From Octopus bimaculoides (lineage: Eukaryota), in the NCBI RefSeq assembly GCF_001194135.2, contig NC_068985.1:83919323-83952481 (forward strand): a stretch of DNA of 33,159 bases, in the 5' to 3' direction. Each line of letters begins with the position of its first letter. Positions within the stretch are counted from its first letter, which is position 1. A model generated the notes under the pieces. It was not told the DNA's origin, did no database searches, and saw nothing but the letters and a program-made list of their open reading frames with translations. Positions 32,246-33,159 of the stretch are shown one piece after another. The translations under genes and the position numbers were made by a program.

Positions 32246-32884
32246 ATATTTAATATTCTTCTAAGGTATTCTAGGTGTGAATGCAATTGTATTAGAAGAC
32301 AAGATATTAAGGTAACTAGATACCACAGACTCCTGCCAGTGTATTCTAGAAAGACGACATTATTTATAAGGATATGTAATGTAATAATTGGATGATGTAT
32401 ATCATAGGCAATATTGGTAGAAGTAGAACTTAAAGGGCTTTGTTTCGGTTAAGTGATTAGATTAGGTCTGAGAACATTTGGTTACACAGACTAGATTGCA
32501 CAGGCAGGAGATAAATGGGAAAATGCTGTATTGCAAACCTAACCAATTTGCAGTATCGTGGTAAAACAAAGAAAAATTGTGATAAAAGATGATAATAGGA
32601 CCCACAGAAATTTAAGTGTATGGACATAATGTACAAATGAGGATTTTGATCTAGGGATTAGAATTGTTTTTTTACTTCAGCCATTTAACCATTATGTTCT
32701 ATATTGTGCTCATCTGTGTAAAGGGATTACTGTTGTCTTTAACAGTGAGTGTTCATTTGTTCATTGTGTTACAATTCCAAAGGCTAAATATTCTACTGGC
32801 ACATGTCCCTTTAACATATCTCCGAGTCAGAATTAGTATGACATAGAGTAACAAGGATGGACCTTTGAATTATCATCAAATTTA

Positions 32885-33030
32885 TCTCATGGATTTTCAC
32901 ATAGTTTGTGCCTACCTAGCTTCACTTAGAAGTCTTGGGTCAGTTCAAGGTTATGGTAAGAAACACTTACCCAAGATGTCATGAAGTAGGTTTGCACCTG
33001 AAGAAAACTCCTTAACTATGTAGCTATACT
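32885..33030 (-). mobile_element. Degenerate family A SINE head
   Basis: catagtttgtgcctacc...aagaaacacttacccaagatgtcatg...cttaactatgtagctat. Confidence 0.55.
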
Positions 33031-33057
33031 CCATCCATCCAGATATGTGTTAACAAG

Positions 33058-33159
33058 TGTGTGTATGTATGTATGTATGTATGTATGTATGTATGTATGT
33101 ATATATATATATATATATATACATATATATATACATATATATATATATACATATATATA
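33058..33159. repeat. (TATG)n/(TA)n microsatellite
   Basis: Read directly from the sequence. Confidence 0.95.

Overview
AT-rich, microsatellite-dense eukaryotic DNA with six assembly gaps. From recalled SINE sequences it is most likely octopus/coleoid cephalopod (inference, not checked). No host protein-coding gene, RNA gene or CRISPR array can be recognised, and most supplied ORFs are artefacts of N-runs or simple repeats. The recognisable content is transposon-derived: (i) about 25 copies or fragments of several tRNA-derived SINE or LINE-tail families, given working labels A to F; (ii) a decayed 1.6-kb RTE LINE ORF2 (14230-15850, +); (iii) a near-complete decayed D34D mariner (25509-26808, -) with a nested SINE and a 16-bp target-site duplication (TSD); (iv) a second mariner with an internal inversion (31591-32160); (v) a Penelope-type GIY-YIG endonuclease remnant (12248-12507, -) fused to a mariner end. 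The best leads are a modular SINE system (one head, an internal microsatellite, two exchangeable tails, one shared with an RTE 3' UTR), a three-layer mirror arrangement of repeats at 18.5-21.3 kb that could fold into dsRNA, and the mariner/GIY-YIG junction. A few candidate exons are listed at low confidence. Repeat boundaries were read by eye and are approximate.
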